Source: Octopus sinensis
Lineage: Eukaryota
DNA length: 64,000 bases
Direction of reading: 5' to 3'
Assembly (NCBI RefSeq): GCF_006345805.1
Contig: NW_021833240.1
Span: forward strand, 17,111-81,110
The notes beneath the pieces were generated by a model. That model searched no databases. It worked only from the letters and a program-made list of their open reading frames with translations, and was not told the origin of the DNA. Made by a program: the position numbers and the translations under genes. Below are positions 51,531-64,000 of this stretch, one piece after another (position 1 is the first letter of the stretch; each line of letters starts with the position of its first letter).

Positions 51531-54500
51531 GACACAGAAGAAATGAAACTAGCCTTTCAGCAAAAACAATCATTAAATTTTGTTTTATCACAGGAGGACC
51601 ATTACACCGGTTCAGTTATATTTCTTTATTATTATCATAATCCGTCAATTGGTTAATTATTTAACCAATTAACTAATCGATTGCTTCATTAATCATTCGG
51701 TTAAACATAAACTGTTTCAACTCATAATTTCACACCAAGAATTCAAAATAGAGTCGTTCAATTACACCATGATTAGAACAACATCGACATCGCAGTAACG
51801 CTGTCGATGTCTCGATAGTTCTCCTGCAACGGCGTCGCCATGGTAGCAACACAATCATTGCTTCATCTCTTATCATTATAAAGCTGCTTTTTTTTATAAT
51901 AATAACCGCTTGACATTACAATAGTACCTACATTATAATAACTTTGACATTTTGATAATGCTAACATGACAGCAACACAATTATTAACGTGACATTGGCG
52001 AGCATTACGAGAATTCCATGCTTACACTATGACGTTACAGTAGCTTTATCATTACAAATAACTTTATTTCAATAGCGCTGATGTTAGAGACGCAGTCATT
52101 ACAATGACAATGACTGTCCTTACAATAATACTGTCATTCGAATAAGTCTGACACTGCAATACCCCCATAATATCATTAATTTTATCATTTCAATAACACC
52201 GACGTTACAGTTATAAGGACATTTGAGCAAAGCTGTGATTACAATTATAAAATCTCTAACATAACCAATAATATTGGTGTTTTTAATATCACAATCTTTA
52301 CAATGGCGATGAATGCTATTATAACTCGAAAAGCACTCGAAGAGTGCACACCTCCGCCAAGCAGCTCATTTCCACCCATATACCTGCATGCTGAAAATCG
52401 CCCAATTTCCCAAACCAAAGCAGGCAAAAACATAACCTCCTTGGCGGGGGTACAAAAAATAATAACACAGCCATATGATTTTAAGAAAAAAAAACCCTTT
52501 AAAAACAGGAATCATCTGAAGCAGTTCACAACCACCAACATCATCATCAGCAGCATTGTCATTGCTTCCACTTCGACCACATACACCGTCATCAGTGTCA
52601 TCATGACGGTTGCCTTGACAGTCACTTTCACCACTACAACCAGTATAACCACTGCAATACCACCGCCACCACACAACTAACACTATCATCAACACCACTA
52701 TAACCACCATCACCTCAGCATCACACATCACACCACTCTTGTCACCATTATAACCACCGATACTATTTTATCCTCCTCCCATACTTATCTCGACCATCGT
52801 CATCATCATCACTGTCTCTAAACAGCAACGCCACCATAGGTTACGTGGAAACGATGTGTTTCAAGAGAGATAATCAAAGAACGTAACATTGTAATGCTTC
52901 ATGTGAAGTAAATATAACAAATGAAAAATCCTTCACAAAATTTCATCATCTGTTTCGTGTGTCATTACAGACTTTTCCTGCAAGTTCTATCAAATACTGC
53001 GCACAACGTTTTGAGTTATTTTGCACGCAGACGGACAGACGGACAAACCAACACCAATGAAAGCATAACCTCCTTCCTTGGCGCAGGTAATAAACTATTG
53101 TTACATTAACATTACCAGTGCAATATGTTTGTCATAACGGTAACGTGATGATAGTGACGGTTTGACATTACAATACACTGTTTTAGGGATGAGGGCAGCA
53201 GTTTTGAGCAGACAACGTTAGCCGAACCCATCGTCTCCAGTGCTTGCCTAGGACTTTATTTTATAGAAAGTGGAAGAACGAAAGGCAAACTGATCACTGT
53301 AGGATTGGAAATCATAATATAAAGGGTTGAAATAAATTCCGCAAGAATATTTTTCCCGTGGTCCAGCGATTCTGCGAATACACTGTTTCAAACTAACACT
53401 GACATTGCACGAAAGCAATTATATTAGCATTCAATGATATTCGTGTTATATTAACCTCAATGACTATATTTATATGAGTGAACACTTACAATTCCTAGAT
53501 TTTACATTCAAATTTCGAATCCTGCCTCAACGCTGTGAAGAGTTTGTTATTTCTCTTTGCATTACCGATCCAGAGTGCGCTGCATGTCACCTGTATGATA
53601 AAATAATTTTGAAAGAAATGCAAGTTTTGCATGACAACTCCTGAACTAATATAAACGAAACACAATAGCAACTACGAACTTTATGCGGTTTATACCCGAA
53701 TAGAGGTGCTTTAAAGACCCTTTGAATCTCTAAACCTTCCGCTTTCTCCGCGTATGATAGGCGAAATTCGACCTTTGTTCCTGTTCTTTATTTACTAGCT
53801 GAAATAAGAAATTGAAAAGTTTCTCCGTTATTATACATTTTGATTTTACAACTTAGAGGATAAAATAATTATGGATTTCTGAGCATCATTATCGATGAAG
53901 CATTGCAATTACTCTAATATAATTAGTGTAATACAAAATATATTACACCATAATTTTTTTTCAATATATGCTATACGATATATATTTACGATATATAATT
54001 CTCTATAATTACAATATTTCTGAATGAAGTATTTTAAAGAGCATTTGTGTTCAAAATGTTTAAGATTTACGATGTAATTGTAATTTAAAGCAATATAAAT
54101 TTTCAACTTGAGTTTTATATGCATAAACAAAACTTACCAGTTCATTTATATTCACTGTATTTATAATTATCCTCTTGATATTTATGGCCTTAAAATGCAT
54201 TAACATATTTAGGTATGAAATATACTGCTATGAAGAGTATGACTTCGACGAAGGCAGACAATTATTTATGAAGGAAAGCATTTAAAACAAAATATACTTA
54301 ATCCTTTCTATGATAGAAATTTTGGGAGAAGGATTAAGTCGATTTCATCCAGCTCAGCTCTTGACTATAGCATCATTTATCGACCCACGAAAGGATGAAA
54401 GCGAAAATCGGACTCGGCGAAATTTGAACTCAGATCGTAAAGACGAGAGAACTGCTGCTAAGCATTTCGTCCGGCGAGGGAATGATTCTGATAGCTCTCC

Positions 54501-55412
54501 ACCTCATAAATATAAATAATGATAGAATGAACAGGGCTATACTTGAAGCTTATATGCATTGTTATTACTACAATTCTTCAGGCAGTTAACCGGCAGAATC
54601 TTTATCAGGCCGGGAGATATGTTTAGCGTTATTTCAGCCATTTTTACGTTGTGTGGGCGCATTCGCCTTTAACACATAAAGCGCGACCGGCTACGATCAT
54701 GATCGTCAGGCACAGGTCGACAGGCCTCTCTCTCTTTCACTCTTTGTGCACACGCACACACACACACGCGCACACCAGAGCATATACACAAACATATATA
54801 TTTCTATATGTGTGGGGGGTGCGTATGTATGATTATATAAAAATGAATACATTACACACATATATTTAGTAATATACTTGTGTATATATGTATCTATGTG
54901 TGCGTGTGTGTGTGTGTGTGTGTCTGTGTGTGTCCGTTTTTTTATGTCTGCACTCATCCGCCTACCATCGCTTCACATCTAGCATTGGTCTCTTTAAGAC
55001 TTCGTAACCTAGCAGTTCGGCAAAAGATCTGATAGAGTGAACACCTGACTTGACAAATAAGTACGGTGTCGATTTTTCGGCTAAACCTTTCATTGCCGAA
55101 GCGCAATGAATAAAAGAGGTAAAATCTATGGATAAAAGATTTGATATATGTGTAAAGTACAGGCCTCTGTGTGCGGTAAGAAGCTTGCTTCCCAATCACA
55201 TGGTTTTGGGTTCAGTGCTACGGCACAGCATTTTGGGTGAGTGTCTTCTACTATAGCCTGGAGCACACCAAAAATTTATAAGAAGGAAAATGAAAGAAGC
55301 CCGTCGTATATGTGTATGTCTTTCTTTGTCACCCACTTTTATATGTTGTTTGTTTCAGTCATTAGACTGCAACCATGCTGGAGTACACCTTTGAAGAACA
55401 CTTACATATATA

Positions 55413-55810
55413 TCTTTATATATAAAAGTCAAGTTGTGTGTCTGTCTCCTACGATTTAGATTCCTAACTACTCCCACATTTTGCGGTGCAGTTTAACCAA
55501 AACCAGGTATCTTATAGTCGTGATTCATATCGAGCCCTTCTGGGTATTAGTGCGCGTCTATGATGAGTCTACGATTTAAAAAAAAATTACCATCATTTTT
55601 TTACATTTTAATGCATTTTTTTCGCTACTATATAAGGGAAGTAACTCTCTAAAAATGTCTACGATGAGTCAACGATTTTGAAAAAAATTTACCATAATTT
55701 TTTTTCCATTTTTAATGCATTTTTTGGCTATTTTTTGGCTATAACTCTCTAAAAATGCTTATATAGTTATTTCCCTTACAAACCCGAGCAACGCCGGCCG
55801 ATACTGCTAG
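55413..55810 (+). mobile_element. Non-autonomous Helitron
   Basis: A|TC start (55412/55413), subterminal GC hairpin CCGAGCAACGCCGG (55784-55797), CTAG|T end (55807-55811), no TSD; ~100 bp internal tandem duplication. Confidence 0.8.
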
Positions 55811-55832
55811 TATATATATATATATGTATATG

Positions 55833-55879
<47 letters not shown>

Positions 55880-56291
55880 AACAACTTATAAATAAGGGCA
55901 AACGAAAAAATTCCTAATGCCAAATATGCCGAAAATTGGTCATATTGTCCATTTACCGTATAATTTTTTCCCCAGTACGCACGCTACTCGAAGAAGGTCG
56001 ACAGAAATCTCTAAAAAATTCCATTATTACTACATCGCACCGATTTCAGGTTTAGTTCAAAAAGAACCCTCCCTTCGTCAGTGATACTTGTGGCAAAGAA
56101 GTAAATGAGATACTTACTCATACCCATGGAAGAAGCAAACACTAAGTCATGATCACAACTAAGTACCCCAAATAAATCTAAAATAGAAATACTCCCTTTT
56201 TTTAAGTTGTTTATAATTTAACCTTTAAAGGTATTTTTTAATATGCTGGGCATTGATAATTTTCTTTCGAAAAAATTTTATCCTACATTAG

Positions 56292-56322
<31 letters not shown>

Positions 56323-56323
56323 C

Positions 56324-56380
<57 letters not shown>

Positions 56381-57174
56381 TATATATATACATATATGTG
56401 CATATATATAAATATATATGATTGTAAGATATTTTGCTTGTCAGCCGAACGTTACTGCCCTGACAACAACAATATTAAAGCCATCACCTTCAAAATATAA
56501 CAGCAGTCGTGTCGCTAATACCCTCTTTAACAGCAGGTTGAAAAAATAGACGAAGTGAAACATACTCCGCCCATATACACCCCCACTAAAAATATAAAAT
56601 ATATCAAAATAGGAAAACAGTAATTTGGTTCCAGTCACTAGTTTAATCATGATTTCGTCCACCCATTTACCATTCTTTGTATATGTTTTCCTGTATATCC
56701 CCCCCCTCTTTCTCTGTATCGTTCTCTACCTTTCTGTCTTTACGTCTGTCTATTTCTGCTTCAGTCTCAATCGCTTTGTCTGGAAGTGATGAGGGGTTCG
56801 AAGGAGCAAGTAGTGAGACGAGTGTTAAGTCGTAGAATAATTCAGGGGAAAAAGAATATACAATATGCAGGAGAGAAAATAACAGGATAAGTTATAGAGA
56901 ATGAGAAACGGAGAGAGATTAGAGAAAAGTAAAGAGAGTCTGAGAGTGAGTGTGGAAGGGAGGGGGGAATGAATGTATGAAATAGAGAGTATGACAGAGA
57001 GAAAGAGAGAGAACTAAAGAGAGAGAGAAGGAGAAGGAAAACTAAAAAGAGAGGGTGCGGTGAGAAAGACAGAGATAGTGAGGGAAATAAAGCAAGCAGA
57101 GGGAGAGCAGACAAAGAGAGAAGAACAATAGAGAAGAGTATCATAGGGAGAGTAAGGAAGAATGTGTGGAGGGA

Positions 57175-57400
57175 GAGAGAAAGAGAGTGAATGAGAGAGA
57201 GTGAATGAGAGAGAGAAAGAGAGTGAATGAGAGATATAAAGAGTGATAAAGAGAGAAAAAGAGAGTGAATGAGAGAAAGAAAGAGAGTGAATGAGAGAGA
57301 GAAAGAGAGTGAATGAGAGATATAAAGAGAGTGAATGAGAGAGAGAAAGAGAGTGAATGAGAGAGAGAAAGAGAGTGAATGAGAGAGATAGATAAAGAGA
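57175..57400. repeat. ~22-bp minisatellite (GAGAGTGAATGAGAGAGAGAAA)n
   Basis: About 10 copies of the GAGTGAATGAGAG core. Confidence 0.85.
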
Positions 57401-58135
57401 GAGATGAAAACTAAAGAGAAAGGGAGAATTATATGGAGAAAAAAATTATCAAACTACGTGGGTGTGAAGAAATAAATGAGAGAAAGAGTATGTGTCGGGA
57501 AAAAGGGGACTGGAGAGAGAAAAAGACAGAGAGAGAGAGAAGAGAGAGAGAGAAGAGAGAATGGAGAGAGATAAGGAAGAGAGAGAAGAGAGAGAAAAAG
57601 CGATGGAGGGGAGAGTGAAAATAAGCACAGAAGTAGGCAGGAGGGGGAATAGAGAGGCGCGTAGCGTGTGAGATAAAAAGAGAACGAGGACAGTGAGGGG
57701 GAGAATGAGAAGAGAATGAGAGAACGGAGGGTCGGTGGGAGATGGAATAATAGGTGTGTAGAGGTGCGTGAGGTGAGATTAGGAAAATAACAAAAACAAG
57801 AAAAATTACTAATAAATGTGAATCTAAAGAAAAAAGAAAACAAAAACTGAAGTTTTAATGAAATATATTTAATGGTTTGGAACTGGCTTGTAAACAGAAA
57901 GTTAATGTTAAATCTAGGTTAAGTTTAACGGTGGCAGACATGTTTGTAAAATAATGTATTGAAGTCTAACTGTGGTGATAACGTTTTCTGATACTCTTTA
58001 AGATGGATAGATACACTGATAAGGCGGTGTATAGCTCGATATATATATATGTAAATATATATGCATATATACATACATAGATATGTATGTGTATATATGT
58101 GTATGTGTGTACGTATATATATATTATATATATAT

Positions 58136-58221
<86 letters not shown>

Positions 58222-58300
58222 TGTATAATTCTTATACACACATAATATAATAAGACTTGCAGTCTAAGAACAGTTTTACTCACGCTGGCTACTGGTAAAA

Positions 58301-58362
<62 letters not shown>

Positions 58363-58366
<4 letters not shown>

Positions 58367-58631
58367 CGTGACCGATCAGGCTATCAGATGTTGCTACTCA
58401 TCGCTGGTCACAATGCACTTCGCATTGTTTTTCCTTCAAACGTCGCCGCCCCGCTGGCTAAGCGAGCAGGCCAACAGAAGAAAGAGTGAGAGAAAGTTGT
58501 GGCGAAAGAGTACAACCAGGGATCGCCACCACTTTTTGCCGGAGCTTCGTGGAGCCTTAGGTGTTTTCGCTCAATAATCACTCACAACGCCCGGTTTGGG
58601 AATCGAAACAGCGATCCTATAACCGCGATCC
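58363..58631 (-). mobile_element. SINE with family C head and a different 3' tail
   Basis: Minus strand matches family C up to ctttctctcactct, then diverges into gttggcctgctcgcttagccagcgggg...ggtcacggtga; (TA)n on both sides. Confidence 0.8.
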
Positions 58632-58649
58632 TATATATATATAATATAT

Positions 58650-59260
58650 ATATATATATACTGGCAGATGGTGCGTAGTCCTTTTCATTTGGTAGGTGGT
58701 TTCCACCCTGTTTCATATTTATGTGGTGGGGTCTTTAGTGTGCAAAACGGCAGCCTGCGTCTACCTCTCCATGCCAGCAGACACATTTCAGGTAGAATTT
58801 GCACATTCGTGTGTGCTGTCTCTTTTTATCCATTTTGTTATATAGATAGTGAGGTTTGCTTCTTTTCCTGGCCGTTTCATCTTTTGTTTTTGTTTTAGTT
58901 TTTCCTTCTTTTAATTCTTTCTTGGATTTTCGTTTTGATGCTGGTAGGGGCAACTGCACTTGGGTTTACTTTCCGGAAGGGTATCTCACTTGAATCTTCT
59001 TCTCTGTTTTCTTGAGTGTCTACAAAGTAGGAGTGACATCTTTCATCTGCATCCCTGCCTCCATCCTTGTCATCTTTGCTTCGTTCATGATCAAAAATGG
59101 CACCAAGAATGCTGTTATGGGATCGTATGAGAGCATAGGAGCGTATAAATTCCTGCTTCTTTCTTACTATCTGTGCTAAAGTTCTGGTGTAACCATTGCT
59201 CTTCAGCACAGCTCAAAACAATGCCGATGCCATGCTCCTCCAGGTTCTGGACATTTTTCT
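58650..59260 (-). pseudogene. Decayed ORF with CCCH-type zinc finger, probably a LINE ORF1 relic
   Basis: CKFYLKCVCWHGEVDAGCRFAH (58735-58806) reads C-x7-C-x8-C-x3-H, preceded by a Lys-rich linker; frameshifted. Confidence 0.45.
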
Positions 59261-59367
59261 GGATATTTTTTTAATTTATCTATATATTTATATTTAAAAA
59301 TTTATATATATATATATTTATATAACAGACAGGCAGACAGGCAGATAGATAGATAGATAGATAGATA

Positions 59368-59929
59368 AGTTTCTTTATTGGCCACACAGGGCTGCACACA
59401 GATGGGACAAGTTACAAGGTAGAGCTTTTCTTTTGGGGGATGAGAAAAACAAAAAACAAAAAAAAACAAAAAAAACAAAAAGGGGTGGCGTAGGTTTTCG
59501 ATCAAGAGGGATCGTAAAAGGGAAGAAAAGAAAAAAATAAATAAAGAAAGAAAGAAAAGAAAAAAGAAAAAGAAAAAGAAAAAAAAGAAAAGGAAAAGGA
59601 ACAAAGGAAAAGAGAAATGAAAAAAGAAGAAAAAAGGGGAAAAAAAGGGAAGAGGAAAAAAAACGATCAATAGGGATCGTGTATCACAGTGTTATGATGT
59701 ATGGTGTAAAGGGGAAAGCAAGTAAGGTTTATCCGTGGGAAGAAAAGCCTACGAAAAAGACCACGGTAACCTTGGTCAATATTGTTATATGTTACCACAT
59801 TTGTTTGCAAGTGGGTAACCCTCTGTTTTCAATTTCTGGGTTCATAGGATTATGCTCAAGGTGGCTTCGTCATTCATACGTGCCATCCTTGCTACATTCA
59901 CCCATCTTTTTTGAAAACATTCGCTAGAC

Positions 59930-59931
<2 letters not shown>
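59368..59931 (-). mobile_element. Tx1/L1-clade LINE 3' end (ORF2 C-terminus, T-rich 3' UTR, AATAAA)
   Basis: KRWVNVARMARMNDEATLSIIL*; 3' UTR ends ccAATAAAgaaac; (TATC)n on both sides. Confidence 0.7.

Positions 59932-60025
<94 letters not shown>
59932..60025. repeat. (GATA)n microsatellite
   Basis: Direct reading. Confidence 0.97.
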
Positions 60026-60026
<1 letters not shown>

Positions 60027-60401
60027 TTCCTAAATGTGCAATATATTATAATAATTTTTGGCCAGTTTGTTTTAGAATTGGAACGCAATAAAATATAATT
60101 GTGTTTCCTGAGAGTGTCATCATATATATCATTTCACTGGCGTGTCTATTTCGAAATATTCACGTTTCCAGTTTTGCCTCTGAATAATTGCTCTCAGTGC
60201 GATGGCCAGATGTGTGAATACATAACTGCTTAGCCAAATCCTGAAACGTGTCTACTATTTCATTTCTAAAAGTTTACTAATGTCATTCTTTCTCTCGCTA
60301 ACTTATGTTATACAAAGCCTTATTCAATTTATTCAATACACACATGAAAAAGATTTACATACACAAGTACATATATATATATATATATATATATGTATAT
60401 G

Positions 60402-60471
<70 letters not shown>

Positions 60472-62099
60472 ATGTGTATGTATGTATGTATATATATATA
60501 TTTGTAAAAAATGAAGTTCGAAAATGCTGCTATATTATACAATTTTTAATTTTTATATATACATTATAACATGTTTCAGTTCCTGAAATGAACCTTATCA
60601 AAAAAAGTTATATATAAAAAAAGATAGTTCATGCTATCAATCACAAGAAATTCATTTATAAAAAAAATTATATATGTATATATGTATTATATATGTATAT
60701 ATATGTATATGTATATATATGTGTGTACGTGTGTGTGTGTGTGTGCGAGAGTGTGTATGTGTGCGTGTGCATGTATGTATGTATATTATATATGCGTGCA
60801 TCCATTGTCCTTTCATGACCCTTTTAAACTAAGTAATTCTGCTCCATACCGAAGAGATCTCTTGACATCACATTTGGAAATCTCAATATGCTTTCGTATC
60901 GTTTCAGAACTTGACGGGTGGTCGAGTGCTTCTGTTTTTATAGGATTTTATAGTTGGTGCTAGTACGAGCAGTGGTCTTTGTGGCGGTGGTAGTAGAGAT
61001 ACTACTGCTTGCGATGCCGTTGTTATAAACGTGTCTGATTTAAGAAATAGCATAAACAGTTTCTTTTCTCATGGCACAAAGAATACGTAACTCTTTAGAA
61101 AATTTATGAATACTAAATCTTCGAAGTTAACAAATGTTGCATTCAAAGAATGTGCTAAGAACTCACATACATCTTTAAACTGCCATTTTCTACGCGATGA
61201 ACGTGACTTTGTGAATATAGATATAGATATGTTGAAAGATAACATGCCAACTCCTTTTCAAAGATGAGTTAGATCTGTTTCCATACTTTGAACCATGAAA
61301 GCAGTATTATTACATGAACAAACGGAAAGACAAAGGACAAACAAAGACTTACAGACGACGTACCCGCCGCACACATGCGTATACAAATAGAGTTACACAG
61401 ATAGATATATCTATTATTAGCCATAATACTCATTTAACCCCAGGATACGCTTTCAGAAACGCACAAAGACACACAACCAATCGTTATTTGTTAGGAATAA
61501 TTCACCCCAACATGTTATATGTGTACTACCTACAAACGGATAATGACTTACAGACGTAGCGTGGTACTAACACGATCACAAATACATAAACGTACAGAGG
61601 TACACATATATAAACATAACTTATTGGTCATTATGTATACGTATCTTTAGCGCACCCTTTCAGAAACAACAGAACGCACATAATCATTCATTAATTCATT
61701 ATTGGCAATGAATGCTTCAAACCAATAGCTTAACTACTGAGGAAACTTCACGGCTTTTGCATTCCATAAATGAATGGATGAATGTCGTATGTTGTATGCC
61801 ACAGTTTTGCTCAGCGGTAAATGAAATTTTGCACAGAATCACGTCTTTTCAAGATGGAGGATAATAGGTTATGAAACTTATTTTGTAACTTATTTCATTG
61901 TGGTTCATGATAGAGAAGCAAGAACTATTCTTCATAACATTCACAAGCACCGTGATAGATGTTGGTAAAAGTTTCTCAGATAGATATTTGTTTTACGTTC
62001 GTTATGTAAAATAGTGCAGCATTTTTCTTAAGCGTGCACTTTCACTACAAAATACTAGTTTGATACGACGATCCATTTCCATCCTTTTTCATCACCGAT

Positions 62100-62420
62100 C
62101 ATTCCTAACTGATTGTTGATGGTTGAGTCCTCAGGAAACTATGATTGAGGTGACTGCGGTCCAGGTACCTCCTCCGTTTGAGTCTTCTTATATGCAACCG
62201 TCATTACACTTCTCTTCAGATTTACCAACCAACTCCTTCTTGGTCTACTAATCTAGGTCTTCTATCAGGTACTCGGTTTCAAGTGTCTCACTTGAGATTT
62301 TTCGTGCTTCATTCTAACCACAAGTCCCTAATACAGGATCTCTGATCACTCAATACGGAGAAGTAGGGACTCGACCTGGTTAGACTTTCCTTCTTTCTCA
62401 GCTATGCACCCCGAAGATCT
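62100..62420 (-). mobile_element. RTE-like LINE 3' fragment
   Basis: Minus strand GLVVRM... and RPRRSWLVNLKRS (cf. GHV.RM...GRPR..W). Confidence 0.5.
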
Positions 62421-63740
62421 TTCGGATGAATAACATTTCTGCCCCTTGTACAATTTAGGCCTGCAATTCTACGTAAGACATTTTTCTAAGTGTGTGTGTT
62501 TTACGAAACCCAAATAGAAGAGTCTCCGAATTAGCAGAATGGAATAATTATGAATCACAACTTCTTTATGAAAGAAAAGTTGCCAGATTTTTTTCTTTTA
62601 AAGCAAAGTATATAAAATATTAACAATTTACATAGTAAGTATTCTACATATCGGAACCGAAAGAATTCTCGGAGTTAAAAGTGCGATCGAAACAAATATC
62701 TTGCCTTTTCATCTGTGCAAAAATTTAGCTAAAAGTCCTTCATAGTAGCACCTCATATTTTTCATGGGTTAACGCTGCTAAAATGGCTCAGGGCTGGGAG
62801 AATTGAATTTGTTAAACAGAACTTTTACGAACGGTTGTGACTGATATACCTACCTACCTACCTACCTACCAACCTACATGTCTACCTACCTACCTACCTA
62901 CCTACCTACCTACCTACCTATTTACCTACCTATTTACCTACCTACCAACCTACCTGCCTACCTACCTACCTACCTACCTACCTACATACTACATACATAC
63001 ATACATACATACATGCATACATACATACATGCATACATACATACAAACATACATACATAAATACGTACCTACCTACCTGCCTACATACATACGTACATAC
63101 CTACGTACCTACATTCCTATCTAGCTACCTACCTACACACATACAGACACATTTACACATACATACATACATACATACATACATACATACATACATACAC
63201 ACATACATACTCACTGATAGAATTTATGTTAGAAATGATGGCAGTAAAGGCATTATATCAATCCAAACAGCCTTTGAATGTCACATTGTGTTACTCAGAC
63301 AACAAGTGCTCAACAGTAAATATGTTCAGAGTTGGAGAACAATAGATCTGATATTGTTCTGTGGAACAGACGGTGAATTACTTTTGTTTTCCGCACGGTG
63401 AATTAATACGGAAATTACAGAACTTGTACCTTGACTTTAAAATCTCATTTCTATATATTATCATATTTAAAAAAAAAACTAGAAATACGGGTTTTTCGAA
63501 GAAAGAGCAAAAGAAACTGAGGGGGATTCTCCCAATCCAGAGTGAATATTTGTAAAAAATTTCAAAGATTCTTCCTTTGTGTATTTTTAGATGAGCAGAT
63601 GTCCATACTTTGGTGTCTAAATCAACTACGCAACAAACAAATCAAGTCAACCACATATTTGCAAACACCGGGAATTCTCTTCAGAACAACTTAAATAAAA
63701 TTCAAAGAAGAACATGCATGCATACATACAAACGTACGTA

Positions 63741-63795
<55 letters not shown>

Positions 63796-64000
63796 ATACA
63801 CACGCACACGCACGCACACACACACACACACACAAATACACACACACATATATATATTGATATAATATTACGCGTGGATAGCATGCTGAATGACATTTTT
63901 TTTAAAGTTAAATCAAAAAAGAATGTAACCAGCTGGAGATTCGATATTTAGAGATTAACAGAATAAAGATCAGCATTTAGTTTGGTATTATCTCAAAATA

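Noticed and set aside
60100-61100. Candidate small host exons after tttcag/ttttatag
   Set aside because: Weak polypyrimidine tracts or donors and no recognisable peptide; needs RNA-seq.

Overview
Eukaryotic, AT-rich, repeat-saturated DNA. By inference it is cephalopod, most likely Octopus, judging from the tRNA-derived SINE families, the Dong/R4 and Penelope relics and the extreme microsatellite load. I found no host protein-coding exon, true tRNA/rRNA gene or CRISPR array, and nearly all ORFs in the supplied track are microsatellite artefacts. The window holds retroelement remains: about 10 fragments of Dong/R4-clade RLE LINEs from several subfamilies, Tx1/L1-clade pieces, RTE pieces, Penelope-like element (PLE) pieces, at least four tRNA-SINE families, an unclassified (TAA)n-tailed ~0.5 kb element, a mariner derivative and a non-autonomous Helitron. 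Highlights: (1) an apparently intact type I hammerhead ribozyme at ~30133-30245 with the minimal PLE-type stem III (GAAA-CCGG-UC); (2) a ~5 kb same-orientation train of different retroelements, each sitting in the (TAA)n tail of its neighbour (18148-23292); (3) two conserved 3'-UTR signals shared by otherwise unalignable Dong subfamilies; (4) an apparent partition of microsatellite targets: Dong and element X in (TAA)n, a Tx1 in (TATC)n, a SINE family in (TA)n. All calls come from manual reading and translation with no database searches. Boundaries are approximate unless a motif is quoted.
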